64,000 nt of DNA from Octopus vulgaris (lineage: Eukaryota): positions 57,536,001 through 57,600,000 of the forward strand of contig OX597819.1 of assembly GCA_951406725.2 (NCBI GenBank), read 5' to 3'. The notes beneath the pieces are model-generated. The model saw only the letters and a list, made by a program, of their open reading frames with translations, was not told the DNA's origin and did not search any database. Each line of letters opens with the position of its first letter. Within the stretch, counting starts at the first letter, position 1. Made by a program: the position numbers and the translations under genes. Shown here in pieces: positions 1-13,609 of the stretch.

Positions 1-266
1 GTTTCTAAATTTACTCTGGAGAGAAAAATGAGATTTTAGAAATATCATATGAGAACATTAATTAGGTATACTTGTGTGAAATGTCAGTATGTGAATTACA
101 ACTGAATTCAACTTACGAACACAGCTTGTTAGTTCCAGATTGTATTGTTTTATTTACAAATAAGGAGAAAGAGATTAGGTAATAAGATGTTAGATTGTAA
201 GGTTATAAAAGTGTTTCCTCGAAAATGATGGGAACGAAAATGAAGTGATATTAGAGCGGAATAATA

Positions 267-835
267 TTGGGCTGTCTGGAAAGTTCGTGCTAATATTTAA
301 AGGAAAGAAAAAGGTCAATAAATACATGCCATTACATTTTTAAGCAACCAGATATTAACCATTTTGTTGCACAATCCGTCTCCATCTTTCCTTTAACTTG
401 AAAATGCCCTCTTCCCAGACTTGAGGAGGTTTCAATGGCAAAGAATTCAGCAAGGTATCTTTTTATGTCATCCAAGGAATTGAAATGTTTACCATTAAGA
501 CTATTCTGCAGAGACCTGAATAAGTGGAAACCCGAAGGAGCAATATCTGGTGAATATGGAGGGTGGGGGTAACCCATCCCAGCTGAGCTGCAGCAATTTT
601 TATCTGGTTCCCAAAGCATCAAGTGCCGAAAATGAACTTTCTTATCTTCCATTTTAAGGGGTTACAGAATTAACACAGCTTATAGGAACATAAGCCTTCT
701 TCCACGAAAAGATATTGTAAACTGTGTTCTAAATGGAGGTGTAATCACATCCTATGTTATGGACTCAACCATGTTCTAAAATAAGTCGAAAGATAAGCTA
801 CTATATAAATCGGCACGAACTTTCCGGACAACCAA
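267..835 (-). mobile_element. Non-autonomous mariner (Tc1/mariner), internally deleted
   Basis: TIRs ttgggctgtctggaaagttcgtgc / gcacgaactttccggacaaccaa flanked by TA on both sides. ORF 332-652 has the mariner motif HPPYSPDIAPS.FHLFRSLQNSL. Same family as 51908-52443. Confidence 0.9.
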
Positions 836-1920
836 TACTTTAAAAATCTGCTTCATTGTCAATGGTCCCACAGTTTTATTTGTGTCTTTCACCGATGTCT
901 GTTGCTGCTTTCTGAAAGAACAAAAACGTTTGATACACGAACGTGATCAAACTTGAAGTGGTAGACGTTCTCACTCTAGTGAAATTATAGGTTTTCATTC
1001 ATAACCACTAACACTATTAATGTACTATCAAGTCATTTCACTGGTTATTCTACTAACAGATAAAGTCCCATTTTTGTTGAGGAAAGATTCAATAGTTTGA
1101 ATATATGCCAGCATACGACATGTATTTATGCCTTTCACCGGAAAGAAATAAAACATTACACAGAATTCGAGAGCGATTGAATTTGAAATCTATCAAGGCA
1201 AAACTAATTACTTCTACAACATTTAATCATGTCAGTTTGCTGTTTCTGCCAATCCCAGTGCTATCTCCAAAAGAAAGTGTTATTAATGCTATTGTTTCTA
1301 TTGTGTGGAGAAAATGTTTTTGGTTAAAACATTTTACTGTATCTGCCATAGATTATCTCGCTATAAATTAGGTAACATAAATACGGTTTCTTCTTGGTAA
1401 TATCGTGAAATGCCTAAGTGGCTTACTAGAAATTATATTGCTTTCAAACTTGATTTAGAATCAGACTAGTATCTTGACTGTCGATAGTGGAAAGCGGAAA
1501 ACAAAGGCAATTACTCATCGTCTGTAATGTGTTATAAAATTGCTCAAAAGTTGACCAAGTTCGAATCCATAGAACCAGTAAGCACTGCTACCCTCTCTTC
1601 TATGCTCAGCATTGTTATCTGATATGCCCAAAGAATATGATTGATATAACAATGAAACACCTGAATGATAACTAGCGGCTCTTTCATATCGATTAATCAC
1701 TCTTTCCAGACAAGACTAAAACACATATAACAGAAAATCGATTGAGGTCAATCTAATGAAAGTTTGTAAGAGTTGCATTCATATGCTACAGTTGTGTGAG
1801 TTGGCGGGGTATGGGGGAATATTGGCCGTTACGTTTTTGAAGCTATTACACATACTAACACTGAAACACTGTTGTTATTCATATTGATGTTTTAACAGAA
1901 CTGCTCTTTACATATTAATC

Positions 1921-2006
1921 TTTACATACATACAGACTCACATATACACATATACACGCACATACATACATACATACATACATACATACATACATACATA
2001 CATACA

Positions 2007-2040
<34 letters not shown>

Positions 2041-2050
2041 CATACATACA
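1921..2050. repeat. (CATA)n microsatellite
   Basis: Direct tandem tetranucleotide repeat. Confidence 0.95.
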
Positions 2051-2117
2051 TGTGAATATAAACATGTACTGGTATGCTTGTATGTATGTACTATTATTAT
2101 CATAATTATTAGTATTA

Positions 2118-2677
2118 AGACGGTGAGATGGCAGAGTTGATCAGCGTCATTTCATCTGTCTGAGTTCAAATTCCGCCGAGGTCGACTTTGTATTTAGGGA
2201 TGGATTAAAAAGTACGAGATAAACGCTGGGGTCGATGAAATTGACTTACCCCTCACTTAAAATTGCTGGCCTTGTACCAAAATTTGAAACTTATGTTATC
2301 ATTATTAAGGTAGCGGGCAAACTGGATTGTTAGCACGACGGTGAATATACTTTGTGGTGTTTTGCTCGTCACTGCATTCTAAGGCCAAACTCTGTGGAAT
2401 TCCACTTTGCCTTTCATCCTTTCGAGGTCGATAGAATAAATACCAGTCGAGTGCAGGGATCGAGTAATCAACTAGCTCCTTCCTCTCAAAATCTCAGACC
2501 TTTTGGCTCGAGTAGAAAAGATTATAATTATTGTCGTTGTTAAGATGGCGAGCTGGTACAAATTTTAGCACGCTGGACAAAAAACTTTAGCGGCATTTTT
2601 CTGCTTTTATGCTGTGAGTTCAGACACCACCTAGGTCGTTGTTGCTTTTCTTCATTTCGGAGTCGATAAAATAAATA
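2118..2677 (+). mobile_element. Three tandem degraded tRNA-derived SINEs (family B)
   Basis: Repeated motifs ggcgagctggcaga..gttagcac..gagttcaaattccgccgaggtcgactttgcctttcatcctttcggggtcgataaa, shared with the better-preserved copy at 34077-34497. Confidence 0.75.
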
Positions 2678-2838
2678 CGGCTAGGAGTGGCTGTCTGGTA
2701 AGTAGCATGCTTACCAACTACAGGGTTCCGGGTTCAGTCCCACTGCGTGGCACCTTCAGCAAGTGTCTTCTACTATAGCCTCGGGCCGACCAAAGCCTTG
2801 TGAGTGCATTTGGTAGACGGAAACTGAAAGAAGCCCGT

Positions 2839-2906
<68 letters not shown>

Positions 2907-3149
2907 TGTGTGCGTGTGCGTGTGTGTGTGTGTGTGTTTGTGTATCAGTGTTTGACCCCCAGCATCGCTTGACAACTGATGCTGGTGTGTTTACGTCCCC
3001 GTCACATAGCGGTTCGGCAAGAGAGACCGATAGAATAAGTACTAGACTTACAAAGAATAAGTCTTGGGGTCGATTTACTCGACTAAAGGCGGTGCTCCAG
3101 CATGGCCGCAGTCAAATGACTGAAACAAATAAAAGAAAAGAAAGATAAA
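2678..3149 (+). mobile_element. tRNA-derived SINE family A, full length with internal (TA)n(TG)n
   Basis: A-box-like tggctgtctggtaa, B-box-like ggttcagtccc, body identical in layout to several other copies, tail gactgaaacaa-taaaaga. Confidence 0.9.
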
Positions 3150-3872
3150 AGCCAGTCCTCTCCCGCCAAATGCTTTGATTATAAAGAGGAGTGTGTAGTT
3201 CTTGTGGTAAGATTTCGGCAGACATTACATATGTAATGCCATCGTGATAGATCAGTAGAAATTTTGTAGTCTGGCATTTGTAGTAACTTCGGGGATTTTA
3301 GTAGTATTTCTTGTGGATTGAAAATATTATAAGTTTTCCTTTTTTAATATACATAGCATTTGTGGGTGTTTTGCTGTTGCGGGGGCATATCTTGTCATGA
3401 CACATCGATGGATATTCTAAAGATCTGTGTTATGCTGGCACAGTATATTTGGTGTAAGGTGTCTCATCTTGCTCAGGCAAAAGACTATGAGTTTGCGATA
3501 TAAAACAGCAAATTCCACATAAAGCTGACTCTGAAAACGTGCCGCTGTGGAGCGATAAATATTCAACATGAAAAATATTGTATAGGATTGTTTTAAGGAA
3601 ATTTTCAGGATTTAGTGAGAACCTCGTATCCAATGTTGGGTGGTGATGAAATGGAAACAGATCAAATCTTCGGGATACAATGAATGATTTATAGAATTTG
3701 GCAGATGACTGTGATCAAATGGATTTCTAACAGGGGATTGATGCCCATAATGTATTTTGAAGGATTTTCTAATAACGGCTTATAAATGCAGAACAATTAA
3801 GACGCCATTTTACTGGAGAGGCGTTGTGATTATTTTTAGAAAGTAACGCCACTTTTCCAGTGCAAAGTTATA

Positions 3873-4694
3873 CGTGGTCTGATCAATAAGTATCTGGACT
3901 GTTGCTATAGTAACGACGCAGTGTGAAGCCGCTTGGTACAGATTGACCTTGAACGTTGCTGTGGATGCACATTAATTTTAAGGTTCTAGCTCACTTCCTC
4001 TGTTTAAAGCAGTGCTTGGACAAAAGGTGTGTAGCGCGTGATCGTTGCATTGGACCATGACAGAGAAAGTTGAGGAGAGAATCTGCAAGAAATTTACCGA
4101 AAGCTTGGCGATACCTCCTCAGATCTTGTGCAACTGAAACCCGAGAGTCTTTTTGGTCAGGTGAAAGCGATTTTGGCACAAACTTGGCAGACACGCGTCT
4201 CATGCGCACATTTTCAGAGATAATGGACTGAACTGAACCGTAACTAATCTGCACATCCTCTGAAATAATCACGGATGGTTATTCGACGATTTCCCCTCAC
4301 AGCTGCGCGCACGCCTGCAATGTTTTTCCTCAGTTCTGCTGGCTGCGAGTTTCCCCAGTACGTTCGTCAGTATCGACATTTTTTTTCGGTCATCTTGGAA
4401 ACGCCTGAACCACTCGTGCAGTTCAAACACTCTTCTCCATACTCTTTCTGCAACTTTGCGTAGGCATCTGAACAGGTATCGCCACGACAACTTTCAGTCA
4501 TGGCCAATGTGATGATCACGCGCGACACACCTTCCTTCCAAACACTGCAGTAAACAGCGGAAGTGAGCTAGAACGTTAAAACTTAGTGCGTATGCACGAC
4601 TGTGTTCAGGTCAATTTTTGTCAAGCGACCTCAATCTGCGTGCTTTTGCTTTGTTACTATGGCAACAGTCCGGATATTTATTGATCAGACCTCG
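3873..4694. mobile_element. Mariner derivative built from two inverted 5' ends
   Basis: TA-flanked TIRs cgtggtctgatcaataagtatctggactgttgc / gcaacagtccggatatttattgatcagacctcg. Inverted similarity extends ~190 bp. Minus strand has transposase N-terminal motifs (EWFRRF; MRRVSAKFVPKSL). Confidence 0.85.
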
Positions 4695-4974
4695 TATAAT
4701 AAATTGCATCCAGCATAGCAAAGAAGCTGATACATGTGTCTAGAAGGAAATACATTAGAATGATATTTGAGATTTTTTTATTATCTACACAATGTGAGAT
4801 GAAGTGTAACGATGTAAAAACTGAATTGTACACGATTGCAGTAATTGGGCAGTTATAATAAGAGGGTTAACACGGTGGAGCGGTTGATGGAGAGCGATAC
4901 ATGGGAAATATAGTCCAGAGATAAAAAAAAGACATATTGGAGCAGGATAAGACCTTCATTATCAATTCAATCTA

Positions 4975-5170
4975 AGGCGACGGGTTGACAAAATTGTTAG
5001 AATGTTGGACAAAATGACTAAAGGCATTTCTACCGGCTTTACCTTCTGAGGTCCAGTTCGCCTTTCATATTTTCGGTGTCGAAAAAATAATTACCACTCG
5101 ATCATTTTGGCCGATGTTATTGACTAGTCCTGCTCCCCAAGAATTTCAGGCTTCGTGCCTAGAGTAGAAA
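4975..5170 (+). mobile_element. Degraded SINE family B
   Basis: aaggcgacgggttgaca..gcctttcatattttcggtgtcgaaaaaataattacca..gactagtcc matches family B. Confidence 0.6.
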
Positions 5171-8100
5171 ACACTATCAATTTAACACACTAATGCTAGT
5201 TTGGTGTTTCTAATGCATGTAATATTTGGTGGGCATCTGTTAGATGTTGAAAAAATGACAACAACGGAAACTATCAGAATTGTGTTTGTGGTAAATCCAG
5301 AAAGGATTAAAGATGTTGGAATTGTTATAAAATGCTAGTAGTAGGAAAGTCAACAGTGAAAATACCTGCAGAAACATGTTTTTGACCTTCGATCTTCTCT
5401 AATTCAATATCAGAATTGGATTTTTTGTAGAGATTCAGCGAAAAGCTTTTTAAAATGTTTCATTTCCATTCAAATTTCTTGGGTCAATACAATCAATAAA
5501 ATTTATACTTCCTCGTAAAATTCTTATTTTTCATGTGAGTGTTTTTGTCCCTTAATCCCACCACAAACAATAATATAATGAATACCGTTTATTTATTTTT
5601 CTATTTCCACGCTAGATATAAGGTAAAGAAGCTGAAATAATCACACAAGATTTCAGGAGGTTATAAAATGGTGTAGACATTCGCTTATAGAATTAAGTCT
5701 GTATTTTAGAAGAAACATAACATCACTATATTTTTTTCTGTAACAGACAGTGCCATAGTTAGTCTTATATAATTTAGAGACTATTTATGTAGTGATAAAG
5801 TATTGCAGAATTCGATAAGTCATTTATCGCTAACGAAAAACAGAATTCTTGAACATTGTTAATGAATCGTATCTCTTTTTAAGAAGACAACAACCAAATG
5901 AAACAATTAGATTATCTTCATTTGTTTTTCAAAGTGATATTCTCTATAAATTTGATTTGTTTTTGCCTGCTCAGATTTACCGTATCTAAAACCGATTTCT
6001 TATTAACCTCTTGAGAGGTTACAATCGATGTTATAATAATTTAGATACTGCACTCAGGTGAATGAATAGATACCTCTGCGTCAAGTTAGACAAATCTCAT
6101 TTACTAGAGGTTAAGAAATGCATAGAGTGATCAATGTGAGCATCCTATCCTGATGCAGTAATCTTGGCACACTTCAAGTCAGCCCTGTACTCGATTGGTA
6201 TTTGAGTTATTTTATTTATTACATTCTCAATCTATTTTATTTTAATCAATTTCAGTTGTATTGGTTATTAATATTCATCATTTCTCTTGTCATTTAAGTT
6301 AAAATATTGGCGACAAAAGACGACTGAAGCGAACATATTAGAGAATTATAGAATTACCTTCGAAAAGATATTTTGATTCATGAGCACAATTCTTTTATTT
6401 CATACCCGTAATTCTAATTAGCTTTTTGGAGTAATCGCATTAAAAAAAATTTAAACACTTCATTCTTTTCGCTATTCAAATTCTCCAACTAAACATACTC
6501 GGAAATGATGAGTTGGTGCATTCTTGCTTGATAAATAGATGTGTAGCCACTAACAATAGATTCTTTTTTCCTGTTACACTATAATTATCTGACCTACAAG
6601 TCAATTTAACAAATTTTAGGAACAACTGCAACCACAGTTCTAATTGAAGTCATTCGATTTTCCTTTAATTTGCTGTTTCATAGCAAATTGTAAAAATCGA
6701 ATTCGATAATAATAGAAACATTTGATAGAAATGAATAGATGATATCGGGGTTCTAAAGAAACACTCTCCCAATACGTTTAATAAAATTTTACTTTGAAAT
6801 CGATGTAAACGAATTATATTTATTCTTTTATAAAGTTCTTTGTAAAAATACTTCGTTTTATTATTTTTTTAAAATTTAATTATCAACGCCAGTTGTTAAC
6901 CAAATGCGTTCACGTCTGGAAATTCAATCACAATTTTTGAAAACCTTAGAAAAATAAATTTTATTCAACATTGAAATTCCAAACTGTTAATTCTTGCTTA
7001 CTATTTAAATTTTTGCAATGTAAAGAAAATTATTTGAAGAAAATTATGAATGTAAATGTTGACAGGAAAGAATTGAATTAATATAACAACAAAAATAACT
7101 CAGCAAAATTTAACACAAATTGCGTTTCCATATGCTTTGTTAAATAAACTAAATTACTAAGGTCATACAGTTCATAAAATTGAATGTTTTTCTTATTATT
7201 TTTCTCTGCAAGACTAAATATATATTCAGTTCTTTATTAAAAGTCGCTGTCGAACTAAAGAAACAGGTAGAATAACTTATGGTAATCTTTGAACTAGTGA
7301 AGAAATTTTCTTTACAAATTGCAGTAAGATGATGATTGGAATCGCGTAGTTTGAAAAATTCTTGAAAACTATTTAGAAACGGAACTAATGAAATAAAGCT
7401 TGTCACATATAATTATTGACCGCTAATTTTTTTTTTAAATCACGATCTTATTGAATACCTCTTCCCCCAGACTCATTGGCATTTCTTTCGAACATTTATT
7501 TATATGAAATATAATTAAATTAAACCTCTTTTAAACAGCAATTTATTTTTTCATATATTGATTTCATTCCCACAGAGTGGTCTTTTCTATTGGTAGCGTA
7601 TCGGAGTTGTGAAAGGCGTCGAAGAAGTATTAAATATCATTAGTTTCTCCTTCATTTGAATTTATGTTGCCGCTCTAATCGAACTATTAATTTTCCGTGC
7701 TCTGAGTTCAAGCTGTACAGAGGGTGATTTTATTTTACGCAAATATACGATTTAGGTCCTATTCATGTAGTATAGTCGACTCAATTAATGAGATACCGCG
7801 TCAAAATATGACATATACCATTATAAAGATTCAATATTATTAATGAGGAGATAGTGGACATCACAATCAAAGAGCATGTTTCTGTAAGCTAACAAGAGAG
7901 CCTCTACATGGTCTCTTACCAGACCAGAGACAGCAATCAAATATCTTCACTGAAACTACATTCTATTTTTGTTTAGTTTTAAGAATATATTTACACCGAC
8001 ATATGATCAGGGCTGAAATTCATTTCATCGTAGTTCAGTTTTATCATGATCTCACTGGGACTTAGCAGCAATAAGGTCGCCTGTAAATCAAGGATTTGAT

Positions 8101-8389
8101 GCAGGTTCGAACCCTGCTTGATGCTCCTTCTCGTACGTCACTAACGTATCGAGAAAATGATTATACGCCAGAAATACTTTATTTTCCTTGCCCACCATCG
8201 TCACAGCAGGATTATTTTTGTAGACGAGATATCTGTATTATAATTGTTTTTATAGCTGTGTGCTGACAGAAGCGATAGGGATTCGAATAAATTGCATTGC
8301 TGCAATAAAGAAATAGGGCTACAATCGGCGGTATAGATTGAACTTCTCTCTACAAAATTGATGGTCCGATCACTATATTACAAATCATT

Positions 8390-9445
8390 TCAGCAAGCTA
8401 GCAGAGTCGACATTTGGTTGAAAAAGAGTTTTGTGATTTATATTCTGAATCTTTACAATTCTGAGTTCAATTCCAACCGAGGTTAATTTTCTCTTTCGTG
8501 CTCTGGCGTTTATAAAATTGAATACCAACCAAGTACTAGCCTTCCCTCATATTTTCGCCCCTGTGTTTTCGCCCAATGTGTCAGGAGACGGCGAGCGGGT
8601 AGAATCATTAGCACGCCTGACAAAATGTTTAGTTTCATTTGTCCGACTTCACCTTCTGAGCTCAAATTTCACCGAGTTCGACTTTGCTTTTAATCCTTTC
8701 GGGGTCAATAAAAAATATACCAGCTGAATACTGGGGTAGAGGTGATAAACTAGTCCAGCTCCCTTGAAATTGCAGGCCTTGAGTCGAAATTTTCAGCCAG
8801 CATTGTTAGAGTGTCAGAGGCTGATGAGCTGACAGAATCGTTAGCACATCAGCCAAGACGCATAGCGGCCTTTCGTTCAACTTAACATCCCGAGTTCGAA
8901 TTCCACGAGGTTGGATTTGCATTTCATTCCATTGGGGTCGAAAGAATTGTGGCAGTTGAACGCTGGGGCCGATGTAATCGACTTAGCCACTTACGCGAAA
9001 TTGCTGGCCTTCTGCCAAAATTTGAACTCAGTATTATTTGAGTGACAAACAAAATAATCTGCAGCATCTATTTCGGCCTCTTTAAGCTTCTTACAAATCC
9101 TGCTAAGGTCAGAGTTGTTTTTAGCCTTTCGGAGTCGATAAAATAAAGTACGAATTAATTACTGGGTCGATTTAATTTATTAGCGCCGCCGCCGCTAACA
9201 ATTAAAGATTGTGTACTTAACTCAGGAATTACTTTTTTATAATGGCATCCTGGTAGAATTGAAAGTGTGTCGAACAAAAACATTACATTAGTTTTTTTTT
9301 TTCTGGCTCTTTACGCTTCACGTTCAAATTTTGTCAAGATCAGTTTTACTCTTCCTCATTTCGAGTTCGATAAGATAAAGTACCACTCACGTACTACAAT
9401 CCCACCTTAAACTTGTTAGCCTTCTGTCTAAAGCGGAAACAATTA
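8390..9445 (+). mobile_element. Head-to-tail array of ~5 degraded family B SINEs
   Basis: Recurring gagttc/tcaaatt..gaggt..tttgc..cctttcggggtcgataaa motifs about every 200-230 bp, all in the same orientation. Confidence 0.7.
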
Positions 9446-10059
9446 TTAAAAGTGTTGTTGCTATTTAGCTTCGCATCAGTTCGAAACCTTTTGTTATCCT
9501 TATTCAACAGGAAGTGTACCAGCCTTGATTAAGCACTGATTATTTCAGACGTCGTATGTAGGACCACATATTCCATTGTGTCACCTTCAGTTATTGATGC
9601 TACTTAACTCCGACGACGTCCAAATGATTAAACCTAAGAGAGATTGTGTTGCAACCATGACCATTCTGTGTGTTTATGGAGGGTGACTTTTCAATATTTT
9701 TCAAACTAATCGACACAAGGGAATCTGAGAGCGCAAAATCGCCTTTCCTGTCATACCTTGAAAATTCATTTCTGTCATACTAGAGCCTTATATAATTACT
9801 CTTGTTGTAAACTTGCCTCAAGTAATCAAAAATTATGAACGTTATATTGTTGCCCGGATTGCTTCCTTAAAATACCCCATTTTAGCGAGAGGGTAACTAC
9901 AGCCATCCGAAGAGCCATAAGAAGAGAAGAGCTAGACATAAAACTAGCCCACTATGGCCCCTCTCTGAGAAGACACCTCGCAATCTAACAAGCTAACAAA
10001 CTTACAAACTAACAAACTAACAAACTAACAAATTTTCCCATCCGTGACACAGATTTATG

Positions 10060-10340
10060 CCAACGGGTAAATGTTATGTATAGAATACAATGTAACAAAC
10101 GCAACAAGTTATATGTGGGGAGCACAAAACTGTTACACGTCCGCATCAAAGAGATCTTCCTCCTCCAGGATACATCTAGACAAGTACCGGAATACCGACG
10201 AAAGCATAACAGTCACAATTGAGGCTAATGAAAGAAATTTAGGTAATTTAAGAATTAAGGAAGCTATAATCGTACACAGACTTGGGCCACAAATTAACAA
10301 CAGGCAGGACGTTAGTAATCAATATATTATGTAGCTACAT
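10060..10340 (+). mobile_element. Penelope-like element, GIY-YIG endonuclease C-terminal remnant
   Basis: ORF 10071-10334 ends ...HLDKY...LRIKEAIIVHRLGPQINNR, the typical PLE GIY-YIG tail (LxEAxxI....PxxN). Confidence 0.55.
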
Positions 10341-11200
10341 CTAGACGCGTGTAGGTTCTTTTTTTTTAACATGTTCATTTATTGTTTATAACCAAAACAA
10401 AAAAGAAAAGATAAGGGGAAAAGGGAAAAAAGGAAGCTGTAATACATAACTTAGAAGCAGCGCTACGGATGAGCTAGCACACACGAGCTTGAGACATTGC
10501 CGGCCTCACGCACTTCTCAAGAGGAATTCCGGAAGGAGCTTCGTGAAACCACTGCTGAGATGATTCCGAAAACAAATAAGCCGTTGGAAAACCGATTATA
10601 GCAGCGACTCCATCAATTCCTCGGGATATCTGGAGAAGGAATTTCATATTCCGAAATATATCAGACTATGGATGATTAAATTACTCCAGTCATTATAGTC
10701 CATTGTTGTCATTATAGTGTATTGTTGTGCCTTTCAAAACATTTTATTCTTTATTAAGAAAGTTTATAATCAAATGTGTTCCAATAATAATAATCTGTAG
10801 TTTATATTTCACTCAGATGTAATGAATTAAGCAATGTCCAGTCGATTGTAGTGAACAGCTTTTTATAGCAAATCGGGGCACAATATAACAATCTTCTTTA
10901 TTGTTTTTAATAACTGGTGAAAATGGAAGTTAGGTACTATATACTAATAATTTCAAATTAAACTAGATTATGCAAAAATCGTTCCCAATTTTGTGTACGT
11001 TAAAAGGTTTTCCTTTACAAGGACGAAAACTATAACGGGTGGGTTGTATTCAATATTTTATTGACTTTCAGTGAGCGAAAGACAAAGAACAGAATTCTCT
11101 GGTTGTTAGTTACTGAAATAAAGTTATAATCCTGACAATCACATAGAAATTCCCTTCAGAAAACTAGATGAAGGCTACCGGCAAACTATTTCAAAACTGT

Positions 11201-13020
11201 ATCATCAGTACTTCATTTACTAAATTGATATTATCCCTTTGAAAAACGTGAACATCATAAAATGTAATTTGCTCTCCTCAATAAGCCGAGCCTATGTGCC
11301 TACTTGAAAGATATCAATAATTGCATATTGTGTAACTCATGCACGACCTTATATCAATCCATAAAATTTTCTGTATATTAGCCACTTGATGAAGTCACAT
11401 TTGATCTTATCGATATGATATGGAGTGGTTGGTTGTTGGTATATGTGTAGACGCTACTGTTTAGGAATCAATGACGACGACATTGAAATGCGCTCGCAAA
11501 TATGGGTTCTCGCTAACGGGTAGCGTATGTAATGCTCCGAGAATGTAGCAAAAGCAACGAGGCTGATTAAGCCTCGTGAGATTGGACATGGTAAAGTATA
11601 TGAATTAATTTGTAATGTAGCTCATAGCCAGATGTTGAAATAGACAAAAATCAACTATCTAATTTTCGCAGAAAATCTTCAGTAGACAGAAGAGTTAGAT
11701 TACCCATTAGCTTTCTTCTAACCAAAATTAATGTTTCAGTTCCTTTTAAATTAATATTCTCAACTCTTTTGAAGTTATGATTTTTGTTTATATCACGTAT
11801 ATACATGAAGTGACAAAGTATCACGTTTTATATTCAACTTTAGTAGTTTTTATAATTATTTATAATCATTGTTTTATACTTCACCTGCTGTAACAAATTT
11901 CGTTAACTTATCTGCAAGGATATTGATAATTTATAAATAAAAGCCGTAAACTTTGATGTTTTAAGATCTTAGACTGCCATTTATATACTTTCAATACCAT
12001 ATAGGAAGCTTGGAAAATATGTGAGGAATGATCTCTAAATAAAGAGCTGTGGCTGTCCTTTTAATGGATACATTGTTAAAGCTGAGAATTCATTTCAAGT
12101 TTCTGCAATGACTTTCTATTATTTTAGATATTTAATATATCTTTTCGTTCGTTAGCTCAAGGATATTTTTCAAATAACCAGCTGTTATTCGAATGTGGTA
12201 GAGTAATATTAATCATTCTGAGAAAGTAGACTGAATATGAAATTTCAGTGTTCCACGTTTCGAAGTTTACCTTATTTTTCATCTTTCTGGGAAAGAATCA
12301 ACGCCAAAATTGCCATTGTTCAACGGGTCTTGCATACAACTTCGGGCTAAGCTAAAGTTATCTTCATAATATTGATGAAATTATATGGTACCTTAGAGCT
12401 GAATATCAGGTTGATTTGGGTTTTTTTTAAATACACTACAAACATTGCAAAATAACTCTATTTAAGAAACACTTCACTAGAAACCTAGGTGCTACATACG
12501 TACAAACATAATAAATAAATAGATAAATAAACGTGCCCTTTTAAAGCCTAGCCAGGATCATGGGCCCGGTTTCAATGGCGTATGTGTTCCCCAGTTGGAC
12601 GGGACGCCAGTCCGTCGCAGCGTTATTCATTTTTCCCAACAGAGTGGACTGGAGCAACATGAAATGGAGTGTTTTGCTCAAGAACACAACGCGTCGCCCG
12701 GTTCAGGAATCGAAACCATAATCTTACAATCATAATGCTGACACCCTAACCACTAAGCCACGTGGCTGCACGCGTACAAACATACATTACATAAAAATAC
12801 TTTACACTGAAGAATAAAACTCTCGATACCAGCTCTCTTGAATCATTTGTCAGACTTTCTTTTATTTTGGCCAATAACACACCGTTCTACAGCCACATGT
12901 TTAATAAAAAGTGATTTCTTGACTCAGTCTATGTTGTATTAGATTTCCTAGTAATTTTGAATAACGTGTTTACATTCTATATTTATTCTTTAGGTTACAT
13001 AATATTTGTAACCAACACAA
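11201..13020. repeat. Copy 1 of a diverged tandem non-coding unit (blocks B, C, D)
   Basis: 11201-11600 aligns by eye with 20850-21245; 12200-12480 with 18635-18960 and 21425-21830; 12780-13020 with 18960-19345. Confidence 0.75.
12536..12771 (-). mobile_element. tRNA-derived SINE family C variant
   Basis: Minus-strand head gtggcttagtggttagg..gtttcgattcc..cttgagcaaaacact..gctccagtccac, as in other family C copies. Confidence 0.85.
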
Positions 13021-13483
13021 GGGAGAATTTTTGAGGTGAGGATAAACGAAATGAAATGTGAAAGCTGCATTGGAGAATATGTTCTTTTCGATGCTCATGC
13101 GAATAAACTTGGTTTAATATTAAATTAGTAAATGTGGAATATTCCAGTACTTTAGTTGTTTTTATTAGGCAATTAACTTACGAAGATAAAACGTATGAAG
13201 ACAGCAATTTAATCTTTATTCGTACATCACAACCTTACACTAGATATATATCCAGTGTAGTACATAGAATTGTTCACCATTATATGTATATGTAAAAGGC
13301 GGGCTTTTCGAATTGCATCTCTGTACAACGTGTTTATTTGAAATACAATTCAGCACTGAATATATTCCGGTTAAATTTACAATTGAAAAATAGGATAAAA
13401 TCTTTATAAGAATTTATCAAGTAGTTAGCGTGAAAAACCTCATAAGGGAAAAATCCATCAACTTTTCCTCTTAAATATATGTT

Positions 13484-13591
13484 TTTATATTAAGGGCATT
13501 ACTATACATAAATGCCTCACACTAGAAGGGACTCTTAAAATCTGTCCTTCGAGCGTGAGGCATTTATGTATAGTAATACCCTTAATATAAA
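13484..13591. repeat. Near-perfect hairpin, ~47-bp arms
   Basis: tttatattaagggcattactatacataaatgcctcacactagaaggga / tccttcgagcgtgaggcatttatgtatagtaatacccttaatataaa. Confidence 0.9.
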
Positions 13592-13609
13592 TATAAATAT
13601 ATATATATT

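Noticed and set aside
2718-3148. Recurring short ORFs (RLPN.LTRLWSARGYSRRHL; ETDRISTRLTK) that look like a gene family
   Set aside because: They are reading frames of SINE family A copies.
3170-5560. Possible ancient LINE remnants (LCGICC...EQDETPY) around the mariner
   Set aside because: Too degraded; no unambiguous RT, endonuclease or RNase H motif by eye.
10455-10505. cggatgagct..agcttgagac hammerhead-like string after the GIY-YIG remnant
   Set aside because: Both core boxes and the cleavage triplet are altered and stem I is unconvincing.
11565-11580. 3' arm of the 8-bp stem acgaggct/agcctcgt in block B
   Set aside because: Not conserved in the paralogous block at ~21210-21235.
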